Source: an uncultured Alphaproteobacteria bacterium (GTDB taxonomy: Bacteria; Pseudomonadota; Alphaproteobacteria; CAAHEQ01; UBA3637). From it: a stretch of 64,000 bases of DNA. The stretch covers positions 33,646 through 97,645 of the forward strand of contig CALXZG010000002.1 of assembly GCA_944393195.1 (NCBI GenBank), written 5' to 3'. How positions within the stretch are numbered: the first letter of the stretch is position 1; each line of letters starts with the position of its first letter. The notes below the pieces were generated by a model that had not been told where the DNA came from, did not search any database, and saw only the letters and a program-made list of their open reading frames with translations. Position numbers and translations under genes: made by a program. Shown here piece by piece: positions 9,266 through 19,233 of the stretch.

Positions 9266-9759
9266 GAAACAGTTCCCCGCAGATAGGAAAATAAATGCAA
9301 AACAATATCATCCGCCAATATCTGGACCAAATTTTGATACATTTTCTCCTTGGCCATTGTCGTGGCATACGGCTCATTGATAATGTTATAAGATCCGCTG
9401 GCCGATACGCTGGAAGAAATAACCTGTTCCTGTGTTGTCAGGTTAACTAACTGATACGATGCCGTTAATGTCATTTTTTCCAAGCTGGCAAAGTTATCTC
9501 CCCGAATACTTTGATCATAAAATACCGGCTCGGCCAATTGAACGCGCAATTCCCAAGTTTTGGCCACATCCACCTGTCTCGGATTTAGTTTGTGCCGAAA
9601 AATCATATCCATCTGATAACCGGCCGCATTCGCAATCGGCGCAATCCGAATACGCTCCGATTCCTGAATGACATCCGTATTATCCTCTGCCCAATATAAC
9701 GGCCGGAAACCACATCCCACTATACCGATACAACACAATAAAACAATCACCCAACGCAT
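9262..9759 (-). CDS. lptE: LPS-assembly lipoprotein LptE
   Basis: Start moved to the ATG at 9759, because the longer ORF would overlap miaA. The lipobox LLCCIGIVGC is followed by the GFRPLY signature of LptE/RlpB. Confidence 0.75.
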   Translation of the reverse strand: MRWVIVLLCCIGIVGCGFRPLYWAEDNTDVIQESERIRIAPIANAAGYQMDMIFRHKLNPRQVDVAKTWELRVQLAEPVFYDQSIRGDNFASLEKMTLTASYQLVNLTTQEQVISSSVSASGSYNIINEPYATTMAKEKMYQNLVQILADDIVLHLFSYLRGTVS

Positions 9760-9849
9760 ACGCTTCTCCTTTTTGCTCTTTCTCAGTATACCGATTTTTA
9801 ACTTGAAAGACAAGGAAAAATCGGCTATTCTTTTTGAAAAAGGATAAAC

Positions 9850-10707
9850 ATGACCCGACAACGCATTATCGTTATTGCAGGCCCGACCGCCAGCGGTAAA
9901 TCCGGATTAGCCGTCCAAACGGCGGCGGCAATCGACGGAACCGTCGTGAATGCCGATGCAACCCAAGTCTACCGCGATTTAACCATTGTTTCCGCCCGTC
10001 CGACGCCGGCGGATATGATGGGCGTTCCCCATGTTTTATACGGTTATGTCGATGCCTATACCCAAAATACAGTTCAAGATTGGCTGCGCGATGTCATTCC
10101 CGTCCTGCAAAACACCCCCAATCCGGTTGTTGTCGGGGGAACAGGCTTGTATATCGGTGCCCTGGTAAACGGTATGCATGCCATTCCGGATATCGATCCC
10201 GCCATTCGTGCCCAAGTCCGCGCCCTGCCCTTGGATGATATCCGGCGTCAGGTTCCGGATTGCCGCTTTACCGACCCCCAACGCCTGCAACGCGCGTTGG
10301 AAGTTTACCTCGGCACCGGTAAACCGTTATCTTATTTTTACGAACAACCGAAAGTCAAACCGATTGATGCCGATTTTACGGTTGTTTTCCTGAACCCTGA
10401 CCGACAAACCCTGTATACCCGCTGTGATACCCGTTTTCGCCAAATGATAGAGCAGGGCGCTCTGGATGAAGTCCGCGCATTAATGACCTTACATCCGATC
10501 GGCGGTGTCTTAAAAGCCATCGGTGTTCCGGAAATAGCGGCTTATCTGCGGGGCAAAACAACGTATGACGAGATGATAACGGCCGCCACAACCGCAACCC
10601 GCCACTATGCCAAGCGGCAAATCACCTGGTTTCGCCACCAATTAACGGCCGATATTATCACAACCGCCGCGGACGCGGATACCCTTCACCGCTTGACAAA
10701 TACATAA
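9850..10707 (+). CDS. miaA: tRNA dimethylallyltransferase
   Basis: 285 aa. Contains the P-loop [10 protein letters not shown] and MiaA-type motifs (QVYRDL, HY..RQ.TWF). Confidence 0.9.
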   Translation: MTRQRIIVIAGPTASGKSGLAVQTAAAIDGTVVNADATQVYRDLTIVSARPTPADMMGVPHVLYGYVDAYTQNTVQDWLRDVIPVLQNTPNPVVVGGTGLYIGALVNGMHAIPDIDPAIRAQVRALPLDDIRRQVPDCRFTDPQRLQRALEVYLGTGKPLSYFYEQPKVKPIDADFTVVFLNPDRQTLYTRCDTRFRQMIEQGALDEVRALMTLHPIGGVLKAIGVPEIAAYLRGKTTYDEMITAATTATRHYAKRQITWFRHQLTADIITTAADADTLHRLTNT

Positions 10708-10790
10708 AAAACGAGTATTTTATTATCAGCGACCATTCGGTCGTTCTTTTTCCACTTATTTTTTTGACATATACCTGCATAGGAGACACC

Positions 10791-12050
10791 ATGCAATTAA
10801 AAGACCTTAAAAAGAAAACACCGGCCGAATTGTTGATTTATGCCGAAGAATTAGCTGTTGAAAACGCGGCGTCTTTACGGACACAGGATTTAATGTACGC
10901 CGTGCTGAAAAAACTATCGGAATCGGAAACAACCCTGTACGGGGAGGGGGTCTTGGAAGTCATGCAGGACGGATTTGGTTTTCTGCGCTCACCCGAAGCC
11001 AATTATCTGGCCGGCCCGGACGATATTTACGTCGCACCTGCCCATATCAAAAAATGGGGATTACGCACCGGCGATACGGTTGAAGGGGAAATCAGCGCAC
11101 CGCAAAACGGTGAAAAATACTTTTCTTTGGCCCATATCAATACTGTCAATTTCGTAAAACCGGAAGAACTGCGCTATCGAATTAACTTTGACGATTTAAC
11201 GCCGCTGTACCCCGATACCGGCATCAAAATGGAACACGATACAACGCCGGATGATAAAGACATGACGGCGCGGATTATTGACTTAATTTGCCCCCAAGGA
11301 TTCGGCCAACGCTCTTTGATTGTGGCCCCGCCGCGAACGGGGAAAACCGTGATGTTGAAAAACATCGCACATGCCATTACGGCCAATTATCCGAACGCCC
11401 ACCTGATTATGCTCCTCATCGACGAACGCCCCGAAGAGGTGACCGACATGATTCGTTCCGTTAAAGGCGAAGTCATCAGTTCAACCTTTGACGAACCGGC
11501 CGCCCGCCATGTTCAAGTCGCCGAAATGGTCATTGAAAAAGCTAAACGTCTGGTCGAACATAAAAAAGACGTGATTATCTTATTGGATTCAATCACCCGT
11601 CTGGCGCGGGCATATAACACCGTTATCCCAAGCTCGGGCAAAGTCTTAACCGGCGGGGTGGATGCCAATGCTTTGCAAAAGCCGAAACGCTTTTTCGGGG
11701 CGGCTCGTAATATAGAGGAGGGTGGCTCTCTCACGATTTTCGGAACGGCATTAATTGATACGGGTTCACGCATGGATGAAGTTATCTTTGAAGAATTTAA
11801 AGGTACCGGTAACAGCGAAATCATCCTTGACCGCAAAGTGTCGGATAAACGTATTTTCCCGGCCATTGACATTACCAAATCCGGAACAAGAAAAGAAGAA
11901 TTATTGGTTGATCGGAACCGGCTCCCCAAAATGTGGGTGCTGCGTCGCGTTCTGATGCCGATGGGCGTGACGGATTCCATGGAATTTCTCATGGATAAAC
12001 TGCGCCATTCCAAAACAAATGACGACTTTTTTGACAGCATGAATCAATAA
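10791..12050 (+). CDS. rho: transcription termination factor Rho
   Basis: Start at the ATG at 10791 after AGGAGA. Contains the GFGFLR RNA-binding motif, Walker A PPRTGKT and a conserved Rho C-terminus. Confidence 0.95.
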   Translation: MQLKDLKKKTPAELLIYAEELAVENAASLRTQDLMYAVLKKLSESETTLYGEGVLEVMQDGFGFLRSPEANYLAGPDDIYVAPAHIKKWGLRTGDTVEGEISAPQNGEKYFSLAHINTVNFVKPEELRYRINFDDLTPLYPDTGIKMEHDTTPDDKDMTARIIDLICPQGFGQRSLIVAPPRTGKTVMLKNIAHAITANYPNAHLIMLLIDERPEEVTDMIRSVKGEVISSTFDEPAARHVQVAEMVIEKAKRLVEHKKDVIILLDSITRLARAYNTVIPSSGKVLTGGVDANALQKPKRFFGAARNIEEGGSLTIFGTALIDTGSRMDEVIFEEFKGTGNSEIILDRKVSDKRIFPAIDITKSGTRKEELLVDRNRLPKMWVLRRVLMPMGVTDSMEFLMDKLRHSKTNDDFFDSMNQ

Positions 12051-12069
12051 TAGGGCAGGAGGGATGCCG

Positions 12070-12768
12070 TTACGGCGTTTCCTCTTCTTCCGATAAACGA
12101 TTGGCAATGGAATACGGCTTTTTATTACCGCCGATAATTAAATGATCGGCCAAATAAATCCCGTTGGGAGCCAATACACGCCGTAACTCTTTCGTCATAC
12201 GGATATCATCCGGGGAAGGCGTCATATTACCCGACGGATGATTATGCGCCAAAACAATCGTTGTTGCGTTTAAATGTAACGCCCGCTTTAAAATTTCCCG
12301 CGGATAAATTTGAACCTGATTGTTTGTTCCGATTGTTGATAATTCCTGCCGAATCAATTGCATATTCTTATCTAAATAAAAAACGATAAAACGTTCAACC
12401 GGCTCCTGCCCGATCGTCATACGGCAATAATCCACAACATTTTGCCATTGCGCCAATACCGGCCGACATTTTAATTCTTCATGAAGCAACGCCTTATTTG
12501 CTTCAACAATGATCTTAAACATCGCAATCGTGGATTCTTTAACTCCTTTAAATTGCTTCAATTCATCCGGACTGGCATGCAATACTCCCGCAAACGAAAA
12601 GAAATGCTTCAATAATTGTTTTGCCAGCGGTTTCACATCCCGGCGCGGAATACACCGCATCAAAATCAACTCTAAAAATTCATACTCCGGTAAAGGATTG
12701 CCTTCTGTCGATAAAAATCGCTCCTGCAATCGTTGCCGATGACCTGTGTAATCAGACGAACCGGCCAT
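12070..12768 (-). CDS. radC: RadC-family JAB-domain protein
   Basis: Start at 12768 with an AGGAG Shine-Dalgarno. Contains the HNHPSG JAMM motif and a helix-hairpin-helix N-domain. Confidence 0.85.
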   Translation of the reverse strand: MAGSSDYTGHRQRLQERFLSTEGNPLPEYEFLELILMRCIPRRDVKPLAKQLLKHFFSFAGVLHASPDELKQFKGVKESTIAMFKIIVEANKALLHEELKCRPVLAQWQNVVDYCRMTIGQEPVERFIVFYLDKNMQLIRQELSTIGTNNQVQIYPREILKRALHLNATTIVLAHNHPSGNMTPSPDDIRMTKELRRVLAPNGIYLADHLIIGGNKKPYSIANRLSEEEETP

Positions 12769-12776
12769 ATTCACTC

Positions 12777-13586
12777 CTATTCGGCCGGGTAGGGCGGATA
12801 CGTCCATCCCTTGGGAGATAACGTAAAAATTTCATACCCCGTCGGCGTTATCCCGATCATATGTTCAAATTGAGCCGATAACGACCGATCCTTGGTAATC
12901 ACCGTCCATCCGTCGGATAAAGTTAATGTTTCCGATCCACCGATATTCACCATCGGTTCTACCGTAAATACCAATCCGGGAACCAATTCTATTCCCGTCC
13001 CGGGAACACCGTAATTCAATACATTCGGCTGTCCGTGATACACACGGCCGATACCATGCCCGCAATAATCCGTTACCACGGAATACCGGTTTTTGGCCGC
13101 TGTTTGCTGCATCGCATGCCCAACATCCCCTAAAGTCCGCCCCGGGGCCGCCGCCTCAATCCCGGCCATCATCGTCGCATACGTCGTTTCCACTAACCGC
13201 TTGGCTTTCACGGACGGCTTACCAACATAATACATACGCGATGTATCACCGTACCAACCGTCTACAATCACCGTAATATCAATGTTAATAATATCACCGG
13301 CCTGTAATACTTTATGCTCGGACGGAATACCGTGACACACCACATGATTGGGGGAAATACAACTGGCTTTCGGAAAACCGTGATACCCGATATTGGCCGG
13401 AATTCCGCCATGTGAAGTCATAAATTCCGTTAATAAATCATCCAAAGCCCCTGTCGTCACACCCGGTTGAACAAACGCCGTAATGTAATCCAATGTTTCC
13501 GCCGTCAACCGACCGGCGCGCCGTAAACCGTCAAAATCGGATAGAGGATAAATCGTTAATTCATTTTTGTGTTTCATGCCCCGCAT
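12777..13586 (-). CDS. map: methionine aminopeptidase type I
   Basis: 269 aa. Contains the canonical metal-ligand blocks (DIINIDITV, HGIGR, FTVEP). An alternative start is possible at 13577. Confidence 0.93.
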   Translation of the reverse strand: MRGMKHKNELTIYPLSDFDGLRRAGRLTAETLDYITAFVQPGVTTGALDDLLTEFMTSHGGIPANIGYHGFPKASCISPNHVVCHGIPSEHKVLQAGDIINIDITVIVDGWYGDTSRMYYVGKPSVKAKRLVETTYATMMAGIEAAAPGRTLGDVGHAMQQTAAKNRYSVVTDYCGHGIGRVYHGQPNVLNYGVPGTGIELVPGLVFTVEPMVNIGGSETLTLSDGWTVITKDRSLSAQFEHMIGITPTGYEIFTLSPKGWTYPPYPAE

Positions 13587-13665
13587 TTTATCCGATTTCC
13601 TGAAAAAATACTAGCTTTTTTTTATCCGATGTTTTAGATTAAAAGAAAAACAAAGGACTCATTAC

Positions 13666-13758
13666 ATGATGACACGTTACGAACATATCTTGATTATGAT
13701 CGCCATCATCGGCTTTATTGTGTATTATTTGCTGAAAAATTCACCGCTGGTTAATTAA
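13666..13758 (+). CDS. possible 30-aa hydrophobic micro-protein
   Basis: ATG after AAAGGA. The peptide is MMTRYEHILIMIAIIGFIVYYLLKNSPLVN and is followed by a hairpin CCCCCG..CGGGGG. No other support. Confidence 0.3.
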   Translation: MMTRYEHILIMIAIIGFIVYYLLKNSPLVN

Positions 13759-13794
13759 CAAAATCCCCCGCCTGCCGACGGGGGATATCATTGA

Positions 13795-15195
13795 TTAGGC
13801 CTTCATAATGCGCCACACGGGTCCCTGCGGCGTATCTTTTATGTCAATCCCTTGCGCAATCAATTTTTGCTTTAAGGCATCCGCCGTCGCCCAATCTTTG
13901 GCTAATCGAGCCGCCTGCCGTTGATCAATCAAAGCCTGTTGTTCCGGTGTCAGCACCGCTTCTTCTTCGGCCGGCAATAACGCTAAAACCGTATCAAAAC
14001 GCCGCATGACATCCGCTATCCGCGTCGCATCGGCCACACTTAATGCCGCAAAGTTTTTATTGACTTCCGTCATTAAGGTGAAAATTGCCGCCAAAGCTTC
14101 CGGCATATTTAAATCATCATCCAAACCGGCCTCAAAACCGGCTTCCGCCCGCGTCAAAGCATCATCCGTTCCGGCCCAACCAGCACCATTCGCTTCCCGG
14201 CTCAATCGCGTCATAAAGTTGCCCAGCCGATCAATCACACTTTGATTGCCGGCCATATTACTTTCCTGAAAATCCAAAACAGCCCGATAATGCGCCTTTA
14301 AAAACTCATATCGGATGGCTTCCGGGGAATATCCTTTTTGTACCAAATCGTTAACCGTGTAAAAATTATTGGCGGATTTAGCCATCTTTTTCCCGTTCAC
14401 CATCAAATGCGCATTATGCATCCAATAATTCACAAACTTTTCCCCATAAGCGCATTCGGATTGTGCAATTTCATTCGTATGATGCGGAAAGATTAAATCC
14501 ACCCCACCGATATGTAAATCAAACGGTTGGCCTAAATATTTGCGCGCCATGGCGGAACATTCAATCGACCATCCCGGCCGCCCTTTTCCGAAAGGCGTTT
14601 CCCAATAATTGTCCCCGTCACGCTCTTCCCAAGCTTTCCAAAGCGCAAAATCCTGCGCATCTTCTTTATCATATTCATCCGACAATCGCCCGTCTGCGTT
14701 GGCTAACAAAGACTGTGCTTCAATCCCGGCCATACGCCCGTATTCGGAAAACCGACTGATTTTAAAGAAAACATCTCCGCGCGCCGTTTGATACGCATAC
14801 CCTTTGTCCAATAATAATTGAATCAATTCAATCATAGCCGCAATTTCTTCGGTAGCCCGCGGAACAATATCGGGTTTACGAATATGTAACGTTGCAAAAT
14901 CCTTAAAAAAAGCTTCCGCATAAAAATCCGTAAACTCCCGCAACGATTTACCGGCCGCCCGAGAATCGCGAATGGTTTTATCATCGACATCCGTTAAGTT
15001 CATACAATACGTTACCCGATATCCTTTATACCGGAAATACCGATTGACCAAATCATAAAATACATATGCCCGCATGTTGCCGATATGCGCATAATTGTAA
15101 ATCGTCGGTCCGCAACCGTAAAAACGAATCTCTCCATCTCGAATGGGTTTAAACTCTTCTTTACGATGCGTTGCCGTATTGTATATTTTTAACAT
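13795..15195 (-). CDS. cysS: cysteinyl-tRNA synthetase
   Basis: 466 aa. Contains the class I motifs HIGN and KMAKS. Confidence 0.95.
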   Translation of the reverse strand: MLKIYNTATHRKEEFKPIRDGEIRFYGCGPTIYNYAHIGNMRAYVFYDLVNRYFRYKGYRVTYCMNLTDVDDKTIRDSRAAGKSLREFTDFYAEAFFKDFATLHIRKPDIVPRATEEIAAMIELIQLLLDKGYAYQTARGDVFFKISRFSEYGRMAGIEAQSLLANADGRLSDEYDKEDAQDFALWKAWEERDGDNYWETPFGKGRPGWSIECSAMARKYLGQPFDLHIGGVDLIFPHHTNEIAQSECAYGEKFVNYWMHNAHLMVNGKKMAKSANNFYTVNDLVQKGYSPEAIRYEFLKAHYRAVLDFQESNMAGNQSVIDRLGNFMTRLSREANGAGWAGTDDALTRAEAGFEAGLDDDLNMPEALAAIFTLMTEVNKNFAALSVADATRIADVMRRFDTVLALLPAEEEAVLTPEQQALIDQRQAARLAKDWATADALKQKLIAQGIDIKDTPQGPVWRIMKA

Positions 15196-15273
15196 ATCCT
15201 TCTCCTTTACGGCTCACCATATCATATTCTTGCTTATATTGCAATGCTTTTTCCCCACACCGGCGTTTGTTTT

Positions 15274-15560
15274 TTATCCACATCAACCAGCCCATCTTAT
15301 ATAAAAAAATAAATATAGTATTGGTATGTCCCTGTGGATAAGTGGTATATCTTTTTTATTTTTTGCTTGACATACGATTTGATTTTGAACGAATCGGTAA
15401 TTTAATGTATTTTTTTGCGATAAACAGGTCTATTTTTCCGAATCGTCAGCCGATTTTTGCTGTGTGGATATCAGACTGGATAAAAAAGGATATCTTTTTC
15501 TGATTTTTTGTTAACGCCTATAATAAGGCGACTTATCCCCAATATGCATACTTATCCACA
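15274..15560. promoter_or_regulatory. DnaA-box cluster; candidate oriC or DnaA-regulated region
   Basis: Perfect TTATCCACA/TGTGGATAA boxes at 15274-15282, 15333-15341 and 15552-15560. One-mismatch boxes at 15463-15471 and 15533-15541. An AT-rich run lies at 15297-15322 and two GANTC sites at 15391 and 15440. The region sits between divergently transcribed cysS and dnaQ. Confidence 0.5.
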
Positions 15561-15620
15561 ATCGGCTTGCGTTGTGTGAAAAAATACTGTATACTCTTCT
15601 TTATTAAAAAAGGAGAAAGT

Positions 15621-16328
15621 ATGCGGGAAATCGTTTTGGATACCGAAACAACGGGGTTGGATCCCGCCGCCGGAGAACGGATTGTCGAAATCGGATGTGT
15701 TGAGTTGGATAACCATGTCCCGACCGGTCGAAAATATCAATGTTACCTGAATCCTGAAAAAGTCATGAGCGAAGAAGTCATTGCCGTTCACGGCTTGACA
15801 AACGATTTCTTGGCCGATAAACCCAAATTTGCCGATATTGCCGACGAATTTTTGGCCTTTGTGGGGGAGGATGCTAAACTGGTCATCCATAACGCTGCGT
15901 TTGATATGAAGTTTTTAAACGCCGAATTGACGGCTTGCGGCCGCCCGACACTCAGTTTTGATCGTGTTGTGGATACGTTATTGATTGCCCGCCAAAAATT
16001 TCCGGGATCTCGTGTCAATTTAAACGAATTATGTAAACGTTTTAATGTGGATGCATCGGCGCGAACGGTTCACGGCGCTTTGTTGGATAGTGAATTACTG
16101 GCTGATGTGTATTTGGAACTGATCGGCGGCCGCGAACCGGGATTAGTCTTAACAACACTAAAAAAAGAAGCCGCTACTCCAACCGTTGTACAACCGACCG
16201 TATCAACCGCCCCCAAAGAATTTCATGCACCGCGCGTTTTTGAAATTCCGGCGGAAGAATTATCACAACATATTGAATTTGTAAGAAAAATTAAAAATAA
16301 CATTTGGGGTATTCCCGAAAGGGAATAA
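15621..16328 (+). CDS. dnaQ: DNA polymerase III epsilon subunit (3'-5' exonuclease)
   Basis: Start at 15621 after AAGGAGA. Contains the ExoI motif VLDTETTGL plus the ExoII and ExoIII (HGALLDSELLADVY) motifs. Confidence 0.92.
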   Translation: MREIVLDTETTGLDPAAGERIVEIGCVELDNHVPTGRKYQCYLNPEKVMSEEVIAVHGLTNDFLADKPKFADIADEFLAFVGEDAKLVIHNAAFDMKFLNAELTACGRPTLSFDRVVDTLLIARQKFPGSRVNLNELCKRFNVDASARTVHGALLDSELLADVYLELIGGREPGLVLTTLKKEAATPTVVQPTVSTAPKEFHAPRVFEIPAEELSQHIEFVRKIKNNIWGIPERE

Positions 16329-16351
16329 CTTTTTTGGGATTGGGGGAACGG

Positions 16352-16804
16352 ATGAAAATCGTATTCGGAATGATGGTTGGTTTGATGATGTCGGCGACTA
16401 TGGCATCGGCACAAATGTTGGATAGTTTAAGTAATCTGGCTATCCAAGGAACATTGACACAGCAATCGACCCATCGCGTCGGGCAAGGCTTGTCTGCCTT
16501 AAAACAAAATCAAATTTTACAGGATTTAGCGCAAACCGTAACGCAAATTCGTATCAATCATATGAACGGTTATACCGGATTGAACGCCGCTTCCGTATCG
16601 GGGCAACCGTTTACAGATATTTCTTGGTCCGTTGGTCCCCATGGGACAAGTCAGTTTTATATTCAATTGGAAGAAATGAATATGCCGACTTGCCGTAAGC
16701 TTGTTTCCGGTATGACGGAAGCGCGGGAAATTCAGATTAATAACAAGGTTGGAACGGCGCGTAACTGTCAATCCGTAAATACACTTACCTTTATATTTGA
16801 CTAG
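16352..16804 (+). CDS. hypothetical secreted protein
   Basis: The N-terminus MKIVFGMMVGLMMSATMASA is a signal peptide. The C-terminal part has a two-Cys pattern (FYIQLEEMNMPTCRKLV ... CQSVNTLTFIFD) that resembles the head domain of the pilin-like family in this window. Confidence 0.55.
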   Translation: MKIVFGMMVGLMMSATMASAQMLDSLSNLAIQGTLTQQSTHRVGQGLSALKQNQILQDLAQTVTQIRINHMNGYTGLNAASVSGQPFTDISWSVGPHGTSQFYIQLEEMNMPTCRKLVSGMTEAREIQINNKVGTARNCQSVNTLTFIFD

Positions 16805-16906
16805 ATTGAGAATCCCCTGATACCTGTTTAGGGGCGTTAGGGGATTTCTTTTTTTTGAAATAATCGATAAAAAAATACTTGCAAATATATCTCGACACGG
16901 ATACAT

Positions 16907-16922
16907 TGTTTCACATGAAACA
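16907..16922. promoter_or_regulatory. parS-like site (one mismatch to TGTTTCACGTGAAACA)
   Basis: tgtttcacAtgaaaca, immediately upstream of rsmG-parA-parB. Confidence 0.7.
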
Positions 16923-16934
16923 CATAAAAAAAGG

Positions 16935-17546
16935 ATGAATATGTTTCACGTGGAACAATTAAATACGCTTTTGCAACAAGTACGGCCACAGTTAGTGGCT
17001 TATTTAGCGCTTTTGGAACGGTGGCAAAATGCCGTGAATTTGGTGTCAAAATCAACATTACCGGATGCTTGGCAACGGCATATCGTGGATTCGGCACAGT
17101 TGTTTCCATTATTACCGGCCGGAACGAAAACGCTCGTGGATATGGGAAGCGGGGCGGGTTTTCCGGGATTGGTGTTGGCTGTTTTGACGCAAGCCCAAAT
17201 GAACCCGCCACCGACTGTCACCTTGATTGAAAGTGATACTAAAAAATGTTTGTTTTTAAAGGAAGTTGCTCGGCAAATTCATGTTCCGGTTACGATTTTA
17301 AATCAACGCTTGGAAACGTGCGAACAGCGCCCGTCGGATGTGATTACGGCTCGGGCATTGGCGTCATTGGATCAATTGTTGGGGTGGGCTAAACCGTTTT
17401 TGACGCCGATATCAACCTGCCTGTTTCTGAAAGGGGAGGAAGTTGATACGGAAATAGCGTCGATTGAACATAAAGCGGTGATTGAAAAAATACACAGTTT
17501 AACGCATCCGCGCGGATGTATTTTAAAAATAACGGAGGTCAAATAA
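16935..17546 (+). CDS. rsmG: 16S rRNA m7G527 methyltransferase
   Basis: 203 aa. Contains the SAM motif DMGSGAGFPGLVLA. Gene order is gidB-parA-parB. Confidence 0.9.
   Translation: MNMFHVEQLNTLLQQVRPQLVAYLALLERWQNAVNLVSKSTLPDAWQRHIVDSAQLFPLLPAGTKTLVDMGSGAGFPGLVLAVLTQAQMNPPPTVTLIESDTKKCLFLKEVARQIHVPVTILNQRLETCEQRPSDVITARALASLDQLLGWAKPFLTPISTCLFLKGEEVDTEIASIEHKAVIEKIHSLTHPRGCILKITEVK
16942..16957. promoter_or_regulatory. parS-like site (one mismatch)
   Basis: tgtttcacgtgGaaca, inside the first codons of rsmG. Confidence 0.65.
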
Positions 17547-18313
17547 TGTGTCCATTGGTGTTTTCTGTTTCAAATCAAAAAGGCGGGGTCGGTAAAACCA
17601 CAACGACGGTAAATGTGGCAACGGCTTTGGCCGCATTGGAAAAGAAAGTATTGATTATCGATTTAGATCCGCAAGGCAACGCAACCGTCAGTTTGGGGCG
17701 TCAACGTGTCAGTGGCGGGCCGAATTCATATACGGTTCTGACGGGACGACATACGGTGGCTGACAGTATTCAACAAACGGATATTCCGTACTTGTCTCTG
17801 TTGCCGGCCGGTCCGGAATTGTTGGGATTGGATATGGAGTTGGCCGATGTGGAAAAACCGCAGTTCTTTTTGAAAAAAGCAATTGAATCCATTGATTTTG
17901 ATTATGTATTTATTGATTGTCCGCCGGCTGTCGGACTGTTAACCATGAATGCTTTGGTGGCTTCCAATCGTGTGATTATTCCGGTTCAATGTGAATATTT
18001 GGCCTTGGAAGGTGTGGCGGATCTGATGAAAACGATTGAGCGGGTTAAGCGCAATTTTAATCCGGATTTGATGATTCAAGGGATTGTGATGACGATGTTT
18101 GATGGGCGTTCCAACCTGTCTAAATCGGTTGTCAATGATGTGCGTTCTTTCTTTAAAGAATTGGTTTTTGAAACCGTTATTCCCCGAAATGTACGTATTC
18201 CCGAGGCTCCATCCCATGGTAAACCGGTTATGTTGTATGATTTCAGAAGCGTCGGTGCGCAAAACTATATTCGGTTGGCCGGTGAAATTTTAAAACGAGA
18301 AAAGGAGAAATAA
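17546..18313 (+). CDS. parA: chromosome partitioning ATPase ParA
   Basis: Start at 17546 after GGAGG. Contains the deviant Walker A KGGVGKTT. Confidence 0.93.
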   Translation: MCPLVFSVSNQKGGVGKTTTTVNVATALAALEKKVLIIDLDPQGNATVSLGRQRVSGGPNSYTVLTGRHTVADSIQQTDIPYLSLLPAGPELLGLDMELADVEKPQFFLKKAIESIDFDYVFIDCPPAVGLLTMNALVASNRVIIPVQCEYLALEGVADLMKTIERVKRNFNPDLMIQGIVMTMFDGRSNLSKSVVNDVRSFFKELVFETVIPRNVRIPEAPSHGKPVMLYDFRSVGAQNYIRLAGEILKREKEK

Positions 18314-18314
18314 T

Positions 18315-19223
18315 ATGGAAAAAAACTTGGGATTGGGAAAAGGCCTTAGTGCGTTGATGGGCGATGATAATCTGTATGCCCCACAGGCTTTACGAAAAGC
18401 AACGACTTCTGATATTATTTTAGTCAATGTGACGGATTTGGTGCCAAGTCCCTTTCAACCGCGTCGTGTTTTTACGGAAGCGGCTTTGAGCGATTTAGTT
18501 TCTTCCATTCGGGAAAAAGGGGTTTTACAGCCTTTATTGGTGCGTCGTAATCCCCGTCAACCGATGGGATATGAAATTATTGCCGGGGAACGGCGTTTCC
18601 GGGCTTCTAAAATGGCCGGCTTAAACCAAGTCCCTGTTATCGTTAAGGATTTTGATGATAAAGCCGCTTTGGAGGTCGCTTTAATTGAAAACTTGCAACG
18701 GGAAGATTTAAACCCGTTGGAAGAAGCCGAAGCCTATCATCGGTTGTTGCAAGAATTTCAATATACACAGGAAGAATTATCTCAGGTTGTCGGTAAAAGT
18801 CGCAGCCATGTGGCCAATATGATGCGTTTGCTTGATTTACCGAATGAAATCAAAGTGTTGGTTGAAAATAAAGAGCTGACAATCGGGCATGCACGGGCTT
18901 TGTTAAATGCCCAAAATCCACTGGAATTAGCTCAGGAAGTCATTCGAAAAGGGTTAAGTGTCCGCCAAACCGAAAAGTTGGCGACAACGGCCGGCGGTGT
19001 GAAAACGCATCGTAAAACCATGCAGCATATTCAAAAGAAAATGACGCAACAAAAAGATGAAGATATTTTGGCGTTGGAAAAAGAAATGTCGCATTTATTA
19101 AAAACACCGGTGACGATTAATTGGACGGGGCAGGGCGGTGAAGTGGTTGTTGCCTATGATACGTTGGATAAATTAGATATTATTTTACAACAACTGATGA
19201 AGATGGATCCGATAGGATATTAG
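18315..19223 (+). CDS. parB: chromosome partitioning protein ParB
   Basis: 302 aa. Contains the ParB box GERRFRA and an HTH region. Confidence 0.93.
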   Translation: MEKNLGLGKGLSALMGDDNLYAPQALRKATTSDIILVNVTDLVPSPFQPRRVFTEAALSDLVSSIREKGVLQPLLVRRNPRQPMGYEIIAGERRFRASKMAGLNQVPVIVKDFDDKAALEVALIENLQREDLNPLEEAEAYHRLLQEFQYTQEELSQVVGKSRSHVANMMRLLDLPNEIKVLVENKELTIGHARALLNAQNPLELAQEVIRKGLSVRQTEKLATTAGGVKTHRKTMQHIQKKMTQQKDEDILALEKEMSHLLKTPVTINWTGQGGEVVVAYDTLDKLDIILQQLMKMDPIGY

Positions 19224-19233
19224 GGGTTACCCG

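Noticed and set aside
9760-9861. Longer LptE ORF starting at 9861
   Set aside because: It would overlap the miaA start on the other strand, and it places 34 non-signal residues before the lipobox. The ATG at 9759 gives a canonical lipoprotein signal.
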